Source: Thermoproteota archaeon
GTDB taxonomy: Archaea > Korarchaeota > Korarchaeia > Korarchaeales > Korarchaeaceae
Direction of reading: 5' to 3'
NCBI GenBank assembly: GCA_027492205.1
Contig: JAOZFN010000005.1
Location: 32,001 to 96,000 of the forward strand
DNA: 64,000 nucleotides
A program made the translations under genes and the position numbers. This document shows positions 26,408-35,281 of the stretch, one piece after another. The notes under the pieces are model-generated. The model saw only the letters and a list, made by a program, of their open reading frames with translations, had not been told where the DNA came from and ran no database searches. Every line of letters begins with the position of its first letter. Position 1 is the first letter of the stretch.

Positions 26408-26836
26408 TCAGGTTAGAGGGCCTCGCTTTCCCCTAGGACCATATGCCCACGCCTCTTTGAAGACCCTGTCTGCCACTATGAGAACGTAAGCTTCAGTCTC
26501 CGGTCTCGCAATGAGAAACCTCCCGTCTAACATTTGGTGCGGCCACTTCCTGCTCGCCACACTTCGATAGGGCAGCCATCTAACTCTGTAGAACCTCTTC
26601 TCCACATACACTCTAGCCCTCGTGGCGGGTAGGGGCAGCTTCTTCCAGGCGCCAATGCCCTCGGCATCCCACAGGACTATCTCGCTGGCCCTCTCGCCAG
26701 AGGCTGTAGTCGCTTTCCTGGAGTACCTCGCGATTCTGACAACCCCGACGGAGTAAACCCGATCGAGCCTGTACTCTCCGACTGGTATGAGCTTGCCGCG
26801 CCCGTCTTTGAATCTGTCACTGTAGGGAAGAGGCAC
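26408..26836 (-). CDS. hypothetical basic protein (142 aa)
   Basis: GTG start preceded by GGAAGGT RBS and TTTATA box on the minus strand; Arg/Trp/Tyr-rich. Confidence 0.6.
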   Translation of the reverse strand: MPLPYSDRFKDGRGKLIPVGEYRLDRVYSVGVVRIARYSRKATTASGERASEIVLWDAEGIGAWKKLPLPATRARVYVEKRFYRVRWLPYRSVASRKWPHQMLDGRFLIARPETEAYVLIVADRVFKEAWAYGPRGKRGPLT

Positions 26837-27081
26837 TTAGACCTTCCATTTGGCGTAACTATAAATCCTAGGGTTCTGTAGACGAATGCAAACACGCCTA
26901 ACGAAGTAAAACGTCTAGAGGACGAGGTTCAACCCACACTTTTGATGAACTCCCCATTTGAATGCTTATGTCCAATCCTGGGATTGCAGAGGGGACGCTA
27001 ATCTGAAGTGAATTCAGAGAAAACTTCCCCAAAGAGACACCGGTCTCACTAGATGCGGCATTCATAGTTTTGAGGTTTCCG

Positions 27082-27321
27082 ATGAAGTCAAGTAAAAGGA
27101 ACCGAGGCCCTAGCCCCTTTACAACGGGCGCGCTGGTGTCGGCCGTCATCGCATCCCTCCCCGAACCAAACGGGTGGATAAAGGGCTTGACAGTCCTGTC
27201 ACTTGCAACCGTCTTGGGCGTCACCTTCACTGGGAACGTGACGGAAGGGCTCTTGGAGTCCCTGCTGGGGGCATTCACTTCTGGGGCCATAACCCGCCTC
27301 CTGCAGTCGCTGGGTAGGTAG
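27082..27321 (+). CDS. small Gly-rich membrane protein
   Basis: GAGGT RBS before ATG 27082; basic N-terminus then 2-3 hydrophobic helices. Confidence 0.55.
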   Translation: MKSSKRNRGPSPFTTGALVSAVIASLPEPNGWIKGLTVLSLATVLGVTFTGNVTEGLLESLLGAFTSGAITRLLQSLGR

Positions 27322-27391
27322 CAGAGTCGACGCGCATGCGGCCCACGGCCGGCCGGGCCTGCTGAAGGCCTAAAGTTCTTTATAACACATA

Positions 27392-27406
27392 CGAAAGTTT
27401 TATATA
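27392..27406 (+). promoter_or_regulatory. BRE-TATA promoter of tfb (second TATA-like TTTATAA at about 27379)
   Basis: CGAAAG-TTTTATATA about 20 nt upstream of ATG, leaderless spacing. Confidence 0.7.
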
Positions 27407-27425
27407 GCGAAAACTTTGAAAATGG

Positions 27426-28418
27426 ATGGTGGGGGATCCCTTGGAGGGTGGCCGGAAGAGCGATAAGGAGAGCCTGTTTACTGAGGTAAAGTTTACCTGT
27501 CCCCGCTGCGGGAGCGATCAGATAATCAAGGACCCGAACACTGGGGAGCTGGTCTGCGCGAGCTGTGGGTTGATTCTAAGCACGGGTATGGTTGATACGG
27601 ATAAGGACTGGAGGGCCTTCGACGCCGATGAGTACATGGATAGGGCGCACACCGGGGCCCCAGTAACCCCAACCCGATCCGGATACGGCCTAGACTCCGA
27701 CATCGCCATGACCAGCGGATTGAGCAGGAAGTCCGTTCAGACCCTCAGGAGGACCCACAGGCACGTCAGCGATGCTAGGGAAAAGGCGGTGGAGCCAGCC
27801 CTCAGGAAGATAAGACTCGCGGCCGAGACCCTGAACCTGCCTCCTGAGACCGTGGAGGACGCCGCCATGCTCTATCGGAAGGCGGCCGGTGAGGGTCTGG
27901 TGAAGGGTAGGAGCATGGACGCCATGGTGGCCGCCGTGATCTATGCGGCGTGCAGGAGGACGGACGTGCCTCGGTCGCTGGAAGAGGTCGCCTCACTCTT
28001 CAACTTGAAGGAGAAGGAGGTGGGAAGGAGCTTTCGCTTCCTGTTCAGGAAGCTGGGCATAAGGATACCGCCTCCCAAGCCGGAGAACTTCGTCTACGCA
28101 ATATGCGCCAAGCTGGGGCTGCCCGAGAGGGTGGCTACCCAGGCCATCAGGATACTGAAGATAGCCCGTCAGCAGGGGGCGACTATGGGGAGGGAGCCCG
28201 TCGGCGTCGCGGCGGCTGCCATATACATGGCCAGCCAGGAGTTCGGTGAGCACAAGACTCAGAGGGAGCTTGCTCAGGCCGCGGGCGTCACCGAGGTCAC
28301 GGTCCGAAACAGGTACAAGGAACTCCTCGCCAAGGTCCACAAGCTCTGGCTGGAGCAGCTTCCGGAGGACCTGAAGAAGCAGATGGCCTCCTTCCGCGAG
28401 TCAGCCGAGGGTCAGTAG
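27426..28418 (+). CDS. tfb: transcription initiation factor IIB
   Basis: CPRC...CASCG Zn ribbon, DWRAF B-reader, two cyclin repeats, TQRELAQAAGVTEVTVRNRYKEL. Confidence 0.97.
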   Translation: MVGDPLEGGRKSDKESLFTEVKFTCPRCGSDQIIKDPNTGELVCASCGLILSTGMVDTDKDWRAFDADEYMDRAHTGAPVTPTRSGYGLDSDIAMTSGLSRKSVQTLRRTHRHVSDAREKAVEPALRKIRLAAETLNLPPETVEDAAMLYRKAAGEGLVKGRSMDAMVAAVIYAACRRTDVPRSLEEVASLFNLKEKEVGRSFRFLFRKLGIRIPPPKPENFVYAICAKLGLPERVATQAIRILKIARQQGATMGREPVGVAAAAIYMASQEFGEHKTQRELAQAAGVTEVTVRNRYKELLAKVHKLWLEQLPEDLKKQMASFRESAEGQ

Positions 28419-28472
28419 GCGAGACGACAGGTTTTTACACCATGAGGTCTTGCCCCTCGAGAGGAGGCTAAG

Positions 28473-28616
28473 ATGTACGTCTGCCTCAGGTGCGGGTACG
28501 TCTTCACGAAGGAGGAGATGGAGGAGTACTTCAATGTCTTCAAGTGTCCGAGGTGCGGCTACAGGATCCTCCGAAAGGTGAGGAGAGAGACTCCTAAGAG
28601 AGTTAAGGCAATCTGA
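28473..28616 (+). CDS. rpoP: RNA polymerase subunit P (Rpo12); missing from the ORF track because it is under 60 aa
   Basis: Translates MYVCLRCGYVFTKEEMEEYFNVFKCPRCGYRILRKVRRETPKRVKAI; GAGGAGG RBS. Confidence 0.92.
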   Translation: MYVCLRCGYVFTKEEMEEYFNVFKCPRCGYRILRKVRRETPKRVKAI

Positions 28617-28619
28617 GGG

Positions 28620-29255
28620 GTGATACCGAAGATGCCCGACGTTAAAGGGCCCCTCAAGGAATTACTGATGCTGGCAGCGGTCGCCGCCCTCCTCTTCCTG
28701 TTCTTTCGAGTAGTGCTTCCCCGGGCCATGGGGGTCGATTCCCCGATCACCGTAGTTCACGGTCCTTCAATGGAGCCGACGTATGAGGATGGGGACATCC
28801 TCTTGGTGAAGCACGTCGATCCGAGTAGCCTCAAGGTCGGCGACGTGATAGTTTTCCTGAATCCCAACGTGCCCCAGTGCAAGTCGGATCCAGACTTCTC
28901 ACCGAGGTGCAGGATCGTCCACAGGATAGTTGGAATAGAGACTGAGGGAGATAGGCTCTACTTCGTAACCCAGGGGGACAACCCGGTCACCAATCCCAGG
29001 CCGGACTGGGGCAGGGTGCCGCCTGAACTTATCCTGGGGGTTCCCGTCCTCCACATAGCGGTCCCTCAGATGGGGCATCTCCTCCTCTTCCTGCAGAAAC
29101 CACTAGTCAGGGTGGCAATAGCGTCGGCACTGGTCTTGTTAATCGTGTGGGACTTCCTGGCGTCCGCTAAGGAAGAAGGCGAGCAGACGCAGGAGTCTGA
29201 ACCGGGGTTCAGCGATGAATCTCACCATGGAGACCCGTCGCGCCTCCCTGAGTGA
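28620..29255 (+). CDS. signal peptidase I (Sec11/S26B type)
   Basis: TM helix, GPSMEPT...GD, IVHRIV, TQGDN...D. Confidence 0.92.
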   Translation: MIPKMPDVKGPLKELLMLAAVAALLFLFFRVVLPRAMGVDSPITVVHGPSMEPTYEDGDILLVKHVDPSSLKVGDVIVFLNPNVPQCKSDPDFSPRCRIVHRIVGIETEGDRLYFVTQGDNPVTNPRPDWGRVPPELILGVPVLHIAVPQMGHLLLFLQKPLVRVAIASALVLLIVWDFLASAKEEGEQTQESEPGFSDESHHGDPSRLPE

Positions 29256-29297
29256 TTTATAAAGGAGCCTTTATAAGGCCCGACAGAGGTTTCTGGA

Positions 29298-29915
29298 ATG
29301 CCCCCCGATAAGGAAAAGCAGGGAGAGGTCGTCGCGGGGATCAGGTTTCCACGTGAACCCGAGATTAACATCCAGAACGTCGTGTCCTCCGCTGACATTA
29401 GGCAGAAGCTGAACCTCAAGGAAATAGCTCAGAAGATCAAGGAGTCGAGGTACGAACCCAACAAGTTCCCGGGTCTGGTACTCAAACTCAAGGAGCCAAA
29501 GGCCGCCCTTCTGGTTTTCAGCAGCGGGAAGTTCGTGTGCACGGGGACGAAATCTGTCGAGGAGTCCGCCCTGGCCGTCAATAAGGCCATCGACCTCATG
29601 AAGCAGCACGGCATCAAGATCAGCAACAGACCCCTGGTCAGGGCCGAGAACATCGTCGCGTCCGCGAAGCTGTTCCTCAAGGTTGACATAGAGAGGTTGG
29701 CCATGGAGCAGCCCAACACTCTCTACGAGCCGGAGCAGTTTCCGGGACTCATATACAGGATGGACGATCCGCCGGTGGTGTTTCTGGTCTTTGCCTCCGG
29801 GAGCTTGGTGTGTACCGGAGCCAAGAAGGAGGCGGACGTTAGGAGGGCGGTCTACAAGCTGAGGAGGGTGTTGGCAGAGGGCGGATACTTCATAACTGAA
29901 GAGGGCGTCGGTTGA
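29298..29915 (+). CDS. tbp: TATA-box-binding protein
   Basis: Two repeats: NIQNVVSS/ENIVAS, YEPNKFPGL/YEPEQFPGL, FSSGKFVCTG/FASGSLVCTG. Confidence 0.98.
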   Translation: MPPDKEKQGEVVAGIRFPREPEINIQNVVSSADIRQKLNLKEIAQKIKESRYEPNKFPGLVLKLKEPKAALLVFSSGKFVCTGTKSVEESALAVNKAIDLMKQHGIKISNRPLVRAENIVASAKLFLKVDIERLAMEQPNTLYEPEQFPGLIYRMDDPPVVFLVFASGSLVCTGAKKEADVRRAVYKLRRVLAEGGYFITEEGVG

Positions 29916-29922
29916 GGGGGCT

Positions 29923-30558
29923 ATGACGCTGCAGCTCACCGACGAGGAGGGCGGGTACCTAGTTAGGCTTGCTAGGCGGGCCATTACCCTCTTCTTAACC
30001 GAGGGAAAGACCCCTGAGGAGCAACCACCCAACCCCAGGCTCCAAGAGAAGGCGGGGGCGTTCGTCACGCTGAAGACCTATCCAGAGGGACGCCTGAGGG
30101 GGTGCATAGGCTATCCGGAACCCACCCTCCCTCTCTACCGAGCAGTCATTCAGGCAGCCATATCCGCGGCCACGCAGGATCCTAGGTTCTATCCAGTGAC
30201 GCCGGGAGAGCTCCCTAACATCACGGTGGAGGTCAGCGTTCTAACGCCGCCAGAGCCGCTCAGAGTGGACGACAGGAGGGAGCTGCCCGGCCTCATAAGG
30301 GTGGGTCGGGATGGCCTGATCATTCAAGCCGGACATTGGAGCGGTCTCCTCCTACCCCAGGTCCCGGTCGAGTGGGGCTGGGACTCCAGAGAATTCTTGG
30401 ACCAGACCTGCGTGAAGGCCGGGTTGCCGCCAGGCTGCTGGATGAGACCCGATGTGGAGGTGTTCAGGTTCACCGCCATAGTGTTCGCGGAGGAAAAACC
30501 CATGGGGAGGGTGGTTCGAGAGAGGCTGACGGCGGGCGAGGGTCATGGGTTGCGATAG
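29923..30558 (+). CDS. AMMECR1/AmmeMemoRadiSam protein A family
   Basis: GAFVTL, LRGCIG, DPRF, EVSVLT, GLLLPQV, CVKAG. Confidence 0.93.
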   Translation: MTLQLTDEEGGYLVRLARRAITLFLTEGKTPEEQPPNPRLQEKAGAFVTLKTYPEGRLRGCIGYPEPTLPLYRAVIQAAISAATQDPRFYPVTPGELPNITVEVSVLTPPEPLRVDDRRELPGLIRVGRDGLIIQAGHWSGLLLPQVPVEWGWDSREFLDQTCVKAGLPPGCWMRPDVEVFRFTAIVFAEEKPMGRVVRERLTAGEGHGLR

Positions 30559-31085
30559 GCTCGGTCTATCGCCCACCTCATCTCATTGACCAGCTTGTCC
30601 ATCTCGTCCGCTGGAACGCCCCTCACGACTATGCGCCTAAGTGCCCCATCCTCTGCCTCTATGTTGTAAGCGACCCCGGGGGACGATCTCCTCAGCTCTC
30701 TCAGCCTTCTAGTGAGCCACCCTATGGGACCAGAGTCGGCCCTGACGTCCCCTTCCGTCTCAAGTATGAGGATGCCCTTCGCTCTATTGACCAGTATTCT
30801 CCCAATCCTCTCCTCTCCGGAGAGGATCTCCCTCTCCTCGACCTCCTGCGGTGATGGAGGCTCCAGGCGTTCCTCGACCTTTGTACCCTCCTCGGGGACT
30901 GCGGCAGGCGACGTTAACGTGTCGGCGGTAGTTATTGTCGCCTCCAATAGGATGTCATCGAGGGCGTCCAGCATCGACCGCAGCCTCAATAGCTCCTTCT
31001 CCAGCTCGTCTATCCTGGTCTTCAACATGTTTCTGAGCTCAAGGAGATTTCTCATCCTATCTTCTCTTTTCAAGCCTAACCCCAT
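30543..31085 (-). CDS. hypothetical protein with N-terminal coiled coil
   Basis: Heptad LKTRIDELEKELLRLRSML; translationally linked downstream of lysS. Confidence 0.7.
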   Translation of the reverse strand: MGLGLKREDRMRNLLELRNMLKTRIDELEKELLRLRSMLDALDDILLEATITTADTLTSPAAVPEEGTKVEERLEPPSPQEVEEREILSGEERIGRILVNRAKGILILETEGDVRADSGPIGWLTRRLRELRRSSPGVAYNIEAEDGALRRIVVRGVPADEMDKLVNEMRWAIDRAYRNP

Positions 31086-31089
31086 CCTC

Positions 31090-32712
31090 TCAAGAATAGT
31101 TTGAGATTGACTTGCGTATTAAGGACTTGGCCCTCTCAACCCCCAGACGCTTCATAAGCGGGCCAAGCCTCGGCCCACTCTTGGCGCCCACCAGTAGCGT
31201 GTAGACGGCCGAGAAGAACTCCTTCGGCTTCACTCCACTGGACCTGCAGACCTCGAAGGCGCGGGACTGAATTTCCTCAGCATCCATGCCCTCGTCGATC
31301 TCAGCGAGAAATTTCTCTATGGCCGCCAGGACCTCGGGGCTCAGCTCGGGCCTCTCCTCGATGAACCTGGACTTGATGTCCCTGACGTAGTTCAGGGCCC
31401 TCTTGAACCACTCCCTGAACGTCTGATCCGTCAGGAGCGAGCCAGATTCAATTTCGTAGTACTCGGACACGAATTCCACCACGGCAGAGAGGAGCTCCTC
31501 TTCCTTCATCTCCCTCCAGGGGAGCAGCTCCACGATGTTGATGAGCGACCTGAAAGCATACTTGGGGGGCTGCGGAACCTCCCTCAGCAGGTACGCGTAC
31601 TCTACGAGTCTCTTTACGGTGATCCTGTCCCTCTCGGAGGGTATCCTGTCCAGGTTCCAGTAGAGCCTGAGGTGCCTCTCCAGGTCCTCGACGTACTCGG
31701 GCGCCCTCTCTAGGGAGATCGCGCGGGTCCCCCTGTACCTCTTGAACATCAGGAGCCTCAGGCTCTCGGGCGGCGCGTAGCGGAGCCAGTCCTGGGGGGT
31801 GATGACGTTCCCCTTGGACTTTGAGATCTTCTCTCCGGTCGCGTCGAGGAACATCTCGTACCTTATCGTCAGGGGCGGCTCGAATCCAAGGACTTCCCTG
31901 GCGATCCTCTGATTCACCCTGAAGCTGTCGGCGATGTCCTTGCCGTGTGGCTCGAACACGACTCCCAGCGCGGCCCACCTGGCGGCGAACTCCCCCCACT
32001 TCCAAGGCAATTTGCCGGACCCCCTCCTGTAGCTGACCTCCCCCCTGTAGCCGCACCCCTTGACCCCCTTGAACTCCTGATCACACACGTAGACTACCTT
32101 ACCCTCCTCCGGGTGAACCTCGACCACTCGGGTGGTGTATATCCGACCACAGTTCTCGCAGACGGGCCAGTAGGGAATCCAACCCTCTGGCCGGCTGGTC
32201 CCCACCTCCTCCCGAACGATCCTCTCGACTTTGTGCCTCTCCCTCAGGATCTTGTCAATGTACTGGTCGAGCAGACCCGACCTGTAGACCTGAGTCCCCG
32301 AGTAGAACTCGTAGTCGACGCCGAGCTTGTCCAGCGCGTCCATGAGCATGGAACTCATGTGCTCCCCGTAGCTTCCGTGGCATCCCCAGGGATCGGGAAT
32401 GTCGGTGACGGGCATTCCGAGGTACCTTTCGTAATCCGACGGAACCCCCGCGGGCACCTTCCGCAGGCCATCCCTATCGTCGCTGAAGGCGACGAGTCGC
32501 GACCAGTGTCCGAGGTCCTCCAAGGCCAACTTCACGCCGTAAGCCCTCAGGGAATCGCCGACTGACCCTATGTGCGGGAACCCGCTGGCACCGATGCCCG
32601 ATTCCACGGTGTAGACCTCTATCCCCCTGTTCAGGCGAGCCTCTCTCTCCACCACCTCGAGGGCCAGCTTGTCCAGCCAGAACATCGGCCCGCGCTTAAA
32701 CCGCAGCCCCAT
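31090..32712 (-). CDS. lysS: class I lysyl-tRNA synthetase (likely start ATG 32712)
   Basis: SGFPHIGS, DDRDGLRKVP, CENCG, GKLPWK, EPHGKD, KISKSKGN, SGPRLG. Confidence 0.96.
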   Translation of the reverse strand: MGLRFKRGPMFWLDKLALEVVEREARLNRGIEVYTVESGIGASGFPHIGSVGDSLRAYGVKLALEDLGHWSRLVAFSDDRDGLRKVPAGVPSDYERYLGMPVTDIPDPWGCHGSYGEHMSSMLMDALDKLGVDYEFYSGTQVYRSGLLDQYIDKILRERHKVERIVREEVGTSRPEGWIPYWPVCENCGRIYTTRVVEVHPEEGKVVYVCDQEFKGVKGCGYRGEVSYRRGSGKLPWKWGEFAARWAALGVVFEPHGKDIADSFRVNQRIAREVLGFEPPLTIRYEMFLDATGEKISKSKGNVITPQDWLRYAPPESLRLLMFKRYRGTRAISLERAPEYVEDLERHLRLYWNLDRIPSERDRITVKRLVEYAYLLREVPQPPKYAFRSLINIVELLPWREMKEEELLSAVVEFVSEYYEIESGSLLTDQTFREWFKRALNYVRDIKSRFIEERPELSPEVLAAIEKFLAEIDEGMDAEEIQSRAFEVCRSSGVKPKEFFSAVYTLLVGAKSGPRLGPLMKRLGVERAKSLIRKSISNYS

Positions 32713-32838
32713 CACCGTCCTGCCGCCAAGTACGCCTGGCTTTTTAGCTCGACGGCAGGCGCAGAGCGGAAAGACTTTGGCCAAAAATAGTGAGAAGGGG
32801 AAAGGGGAATCCCTCAAAAATCGCGGGGAGAGATCGGC

Positions 32839-33120
32839 TCACACCTGGGTGAGCTCGATCTCGATGACGCTTATGTCCCTCCTGCTGCCGTCCTCGTCTA
32901 TTATCTCCTCGGTGCCCGTCCTAATGTCGGTTATCTTGAGCTTACCAGGGAAGTACTTGAGCCTGGTGATCTCGGCGACATCCACGGCCCTCGAGATGGA
33001 CCTGCCCCTGGCCTTGAGGACGATCTTCTTCACGCCCCGGTTGATCTGGAGCGTGGTAGCCATCACGTAGTTGATGGCGGGCTTCTTACCCACGTACACG
33101 ATTCCCTCCTCGGCAGACAT
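32839..33120 (-). CDS. albA: DNA/RNA-binding protein Alba
   Basis: VYVGKKP..NYV, KARGRSISRAVDVAE, SVIEI; GGGGGTG RBS before ATG 33120. Confidence 0.96.
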   Translation of the reverse strand: MSAEEGIVYVGKKPAINYVMATTLQINRGVKKIVLKARGRSISRAVDVAEITRLKYFPGKLKITDIRTGTEEIIDEDGSRRDISVIEIELTQV

Positions 33121-33233
33121 GTCGTACACCCCCTTACTCTTGCCCACAAGGTCCGCCAGGTCTCAGTGGGACTGCGCCTGGCAGCGTGCCAGGGGCGCCT
33201 CCTCACATAATAAACATTTACCGGATAGCGGGT

Positions 33234-33488
33234 TCAGCCGAGGAGATCGTCTAGATCAACGATGATCTCCCTGTCGAGGACGCGCCTGACCAGTTTGACG
33301 GGAATTCGACCGAGCTTCAGTTCGAGTTCGGCGAGTTCCACCGGGTCGGTGACCCCCTCGGGTATCTCGTCGTCTTTAAGAAAGAGAGGAGAGCCGGCGG
33401 CGATCTGCTGAGCCCTGAACGCGATGATCCTCGCCTTCTCGTACCGCGTGAGCTTCTTTGGGCCCAGCAGATCGCCCTTGCCGGTCAA
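33234..33488 (-). CDS. rpoK: RNA polymerase subunit K (Rpo6)
   Basis: LTRYEKARII..RAQQIA.G.P, DPVELAELEL..G.IP..L.R. Confidence 0.95.
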   Translation of the reverse strand: MTGKGDLLGPKKLTRYEKARIIAFRAQQIAAGSPLFLKDDEIPEGVTDPVELAELELKLGRIPVKLVRRVLDREIIVDLDDLLG

Positions 33489-33489
33489 C

Positions 33490-35127
33490 TTACTCCTCCT
33501 CGCCGCCCTTCTCCTTGCCGAACTTCTTCGCGGAGGCGGCTATGATGTCGTCGATCTTTAGGATGGTCTCTGCGAACTCGGCGGCGGACTCTACGGCGTT
33601 CTTGATGACTCTGGCCGGCTCGATGACATCTTTCTCCTTCATATCCACGATCTCGCCGGTGAAGACGTCAAACCCGTGGTGTACCTTGCCTTCGGTGTGT
33701 GCCTTCACAAGCTCGGCCATGAGGACCACGGGGTCCTTGCCCGAGTTCTCTATAAGCGTCCTGGGTATGACCTCTATGGCTTCGGCGAACCTCTGGACGA
33801 TGGTCTGCTCCTTCCCGCCGAGCTGCTGGGCGTACTCCTTCAGCCTGAGGCTCAGCTCCATCTCGATGGCCCCGCCGCCGACGACGATCTTGCCGTCCTC
33901 GATGACGTCCCTCACGACGCTGAGTGCGTCGTGGACGGTCCTCTCGGTCTCGTCGATGACCTGCTTGGAACCTCCCCTGATGAGGATGGACACGGCCTTC
34001 GGATTCTTGCACCCCTCGACGAAGACCATCTTGTCCTCGCCGACGCGCCTCTCCTCCACGAGCTCGGCGTAGCCTAAGTCCTCGGGCTTGATCTCCTTGA
34101 CGTTCACCACGATCTTGGCGCCTGTGGCCTTGGCCAGCTTCTCCATGTCAGACTTCCTGACCCTCCTGACCGCGAGGATGCCCCTCTTGGCGAGGAAGTG
34201 CTGAGCCACATCGTCGATGCCCTTCTGGCAGAATACCACGTTGGCGCCGGCCTCGGCGATCTTGTCAACCAGCTCCCTGAGCATCTCCTTCTCCTGTTCG
34301 AGGAAGCCCTTGATCTGGGTCGGCGAGACCACCTTGATCTTGGAGGACAGCTCTGGCTTCTTGACCTCCAGCGCGCTCTCGATGAGGGCTATCTTGGCCC
34401 CGGCTATCACCCTGGGCATCCCGGGGTGGACGACCTCCTTGTCGATCACTATGCCCCTGATGAGGGCGGTGTCGAATATGGAGCCCCCCTCCTTCTTCTC
34501 CCTCTTGATGTTGTCAAGGTCGACGGTCCTCTTGCCGTCCTTCTCCTCGACCACGGCCAGGGCTGCCTCGACGGCGATCTCCGCCAGATGCTCCCTGGCG
34601 TGGGCGACGGCCTTGGACCCCATGGCCAGCTTGGAGATCTTCTTCAGCACCTCCTTGTCGTTCCACGGCACCTCGATGGAGAGCTCGTCGATGAGCTCTG
34701 AGGCCTTCCTGGCGGCCTTCCTGTAGCCTTCTATGATCAGGGTCGGGTGGATGCCGAGGTCCATCAGCTCCTCCGCCTTGGCGAGGAGTTCACCTGCGAG
34801 CACGACCACGGTGGTAGTTCCGTCACCGGCCACCTGTTCCTGACTCTTGGCCAGGTCAACCAGCATCTTCGCGGTCGGGTGCTCGACCTCGATCTCCTTC
34901 ATCACCGTGGCACCGTCGCTGGTGATGATCACGTCGCCGAACGGGTCGACGAGCATCTTCTGCATGCCCTTCGGCCCAAGGGTACTCTTTACGGCCTCAG
35001 CTATGGCCTTGGCCACGGTTATGTTGAGCCGAACGGCTTCCCTGCCTCTGGTCCTGGAAGTGCCCTCCTTCAGGATCAAAACCGGGATGGCACCCCCAGC
35101 TCCGCTAGCTCCTCCAGCTGCGGCCAT
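33490..35127 (-). CDS. ths: thermosome (group II chaperonin) subunit
   Basis: [45 protein letters not shown]. Confidence 0.98.
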   Translation of the reverse strand: MAAAGGASGAGGAIPVLILKEGTSRTRGREAVRLNITVAKAIAEAVKSTLGPKGMQKMLVDPFGDVIITSDGATVMKEIEVEHPTAKMLVDLAKSQEQVAGDGTTTVVVLAGELLAKAEELMDLGIHPTLIIEGYRKAARKASELIDELSIEVPWNDKEVLKKISKLAMGSKAVAHAREHLAEIAVEAALAVVEEKDGKRTVDLDNIKREKKEGGSIFDTALIRGIVIDKEVVHPGMPRVIAGAKIALIESALEVKKPELSSKIKVVSPTQIKGFLEQEKEMLRELVDKIAEAGANVVFCQKGIDDVAQHFLAKRGILAVRRVRKSDMEKLAKATGAKIVVNVKEIKPEDLGYAELVEERRVGEDKMVFVEGCKNPKAVSILIRGGSKQVIDETERTVHDALSVVRDVIEDGKIVVGGGAIEMELSLRLKEYAQQLGGKEQTIVQRFAEAIEVIPRTLIENSGKDPVVLMAELVKAHTEGKVHHGFDVFTGEIVDMKEKDVIEPARVIKNAVESAAEFAETILKIDDIIAASAKKFGKEKGGEEE

Positions 35128-35281
35128 CTCAGCTCACCCCCTATCAATACGGATGTCCGGCCCTTCGCGCTGCAGGGCTTGGCGCGGATAGTCGCCCTTA
35201 TCCCCATTTAAAACTCTTTACCAATGGGCACGCCGCCGAAAGGGGCGTGCAGCGCCGCTTTAATTCCCCCTGGGATCCAGA

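Noticed and set aside
26898-27290. 130-aa minus-strand ORF
   Set aside because: Overlaps the more plausible plus-strand membrane ORF that has an RBS; Ser/Pro-rich composition typical of a non-coding frame
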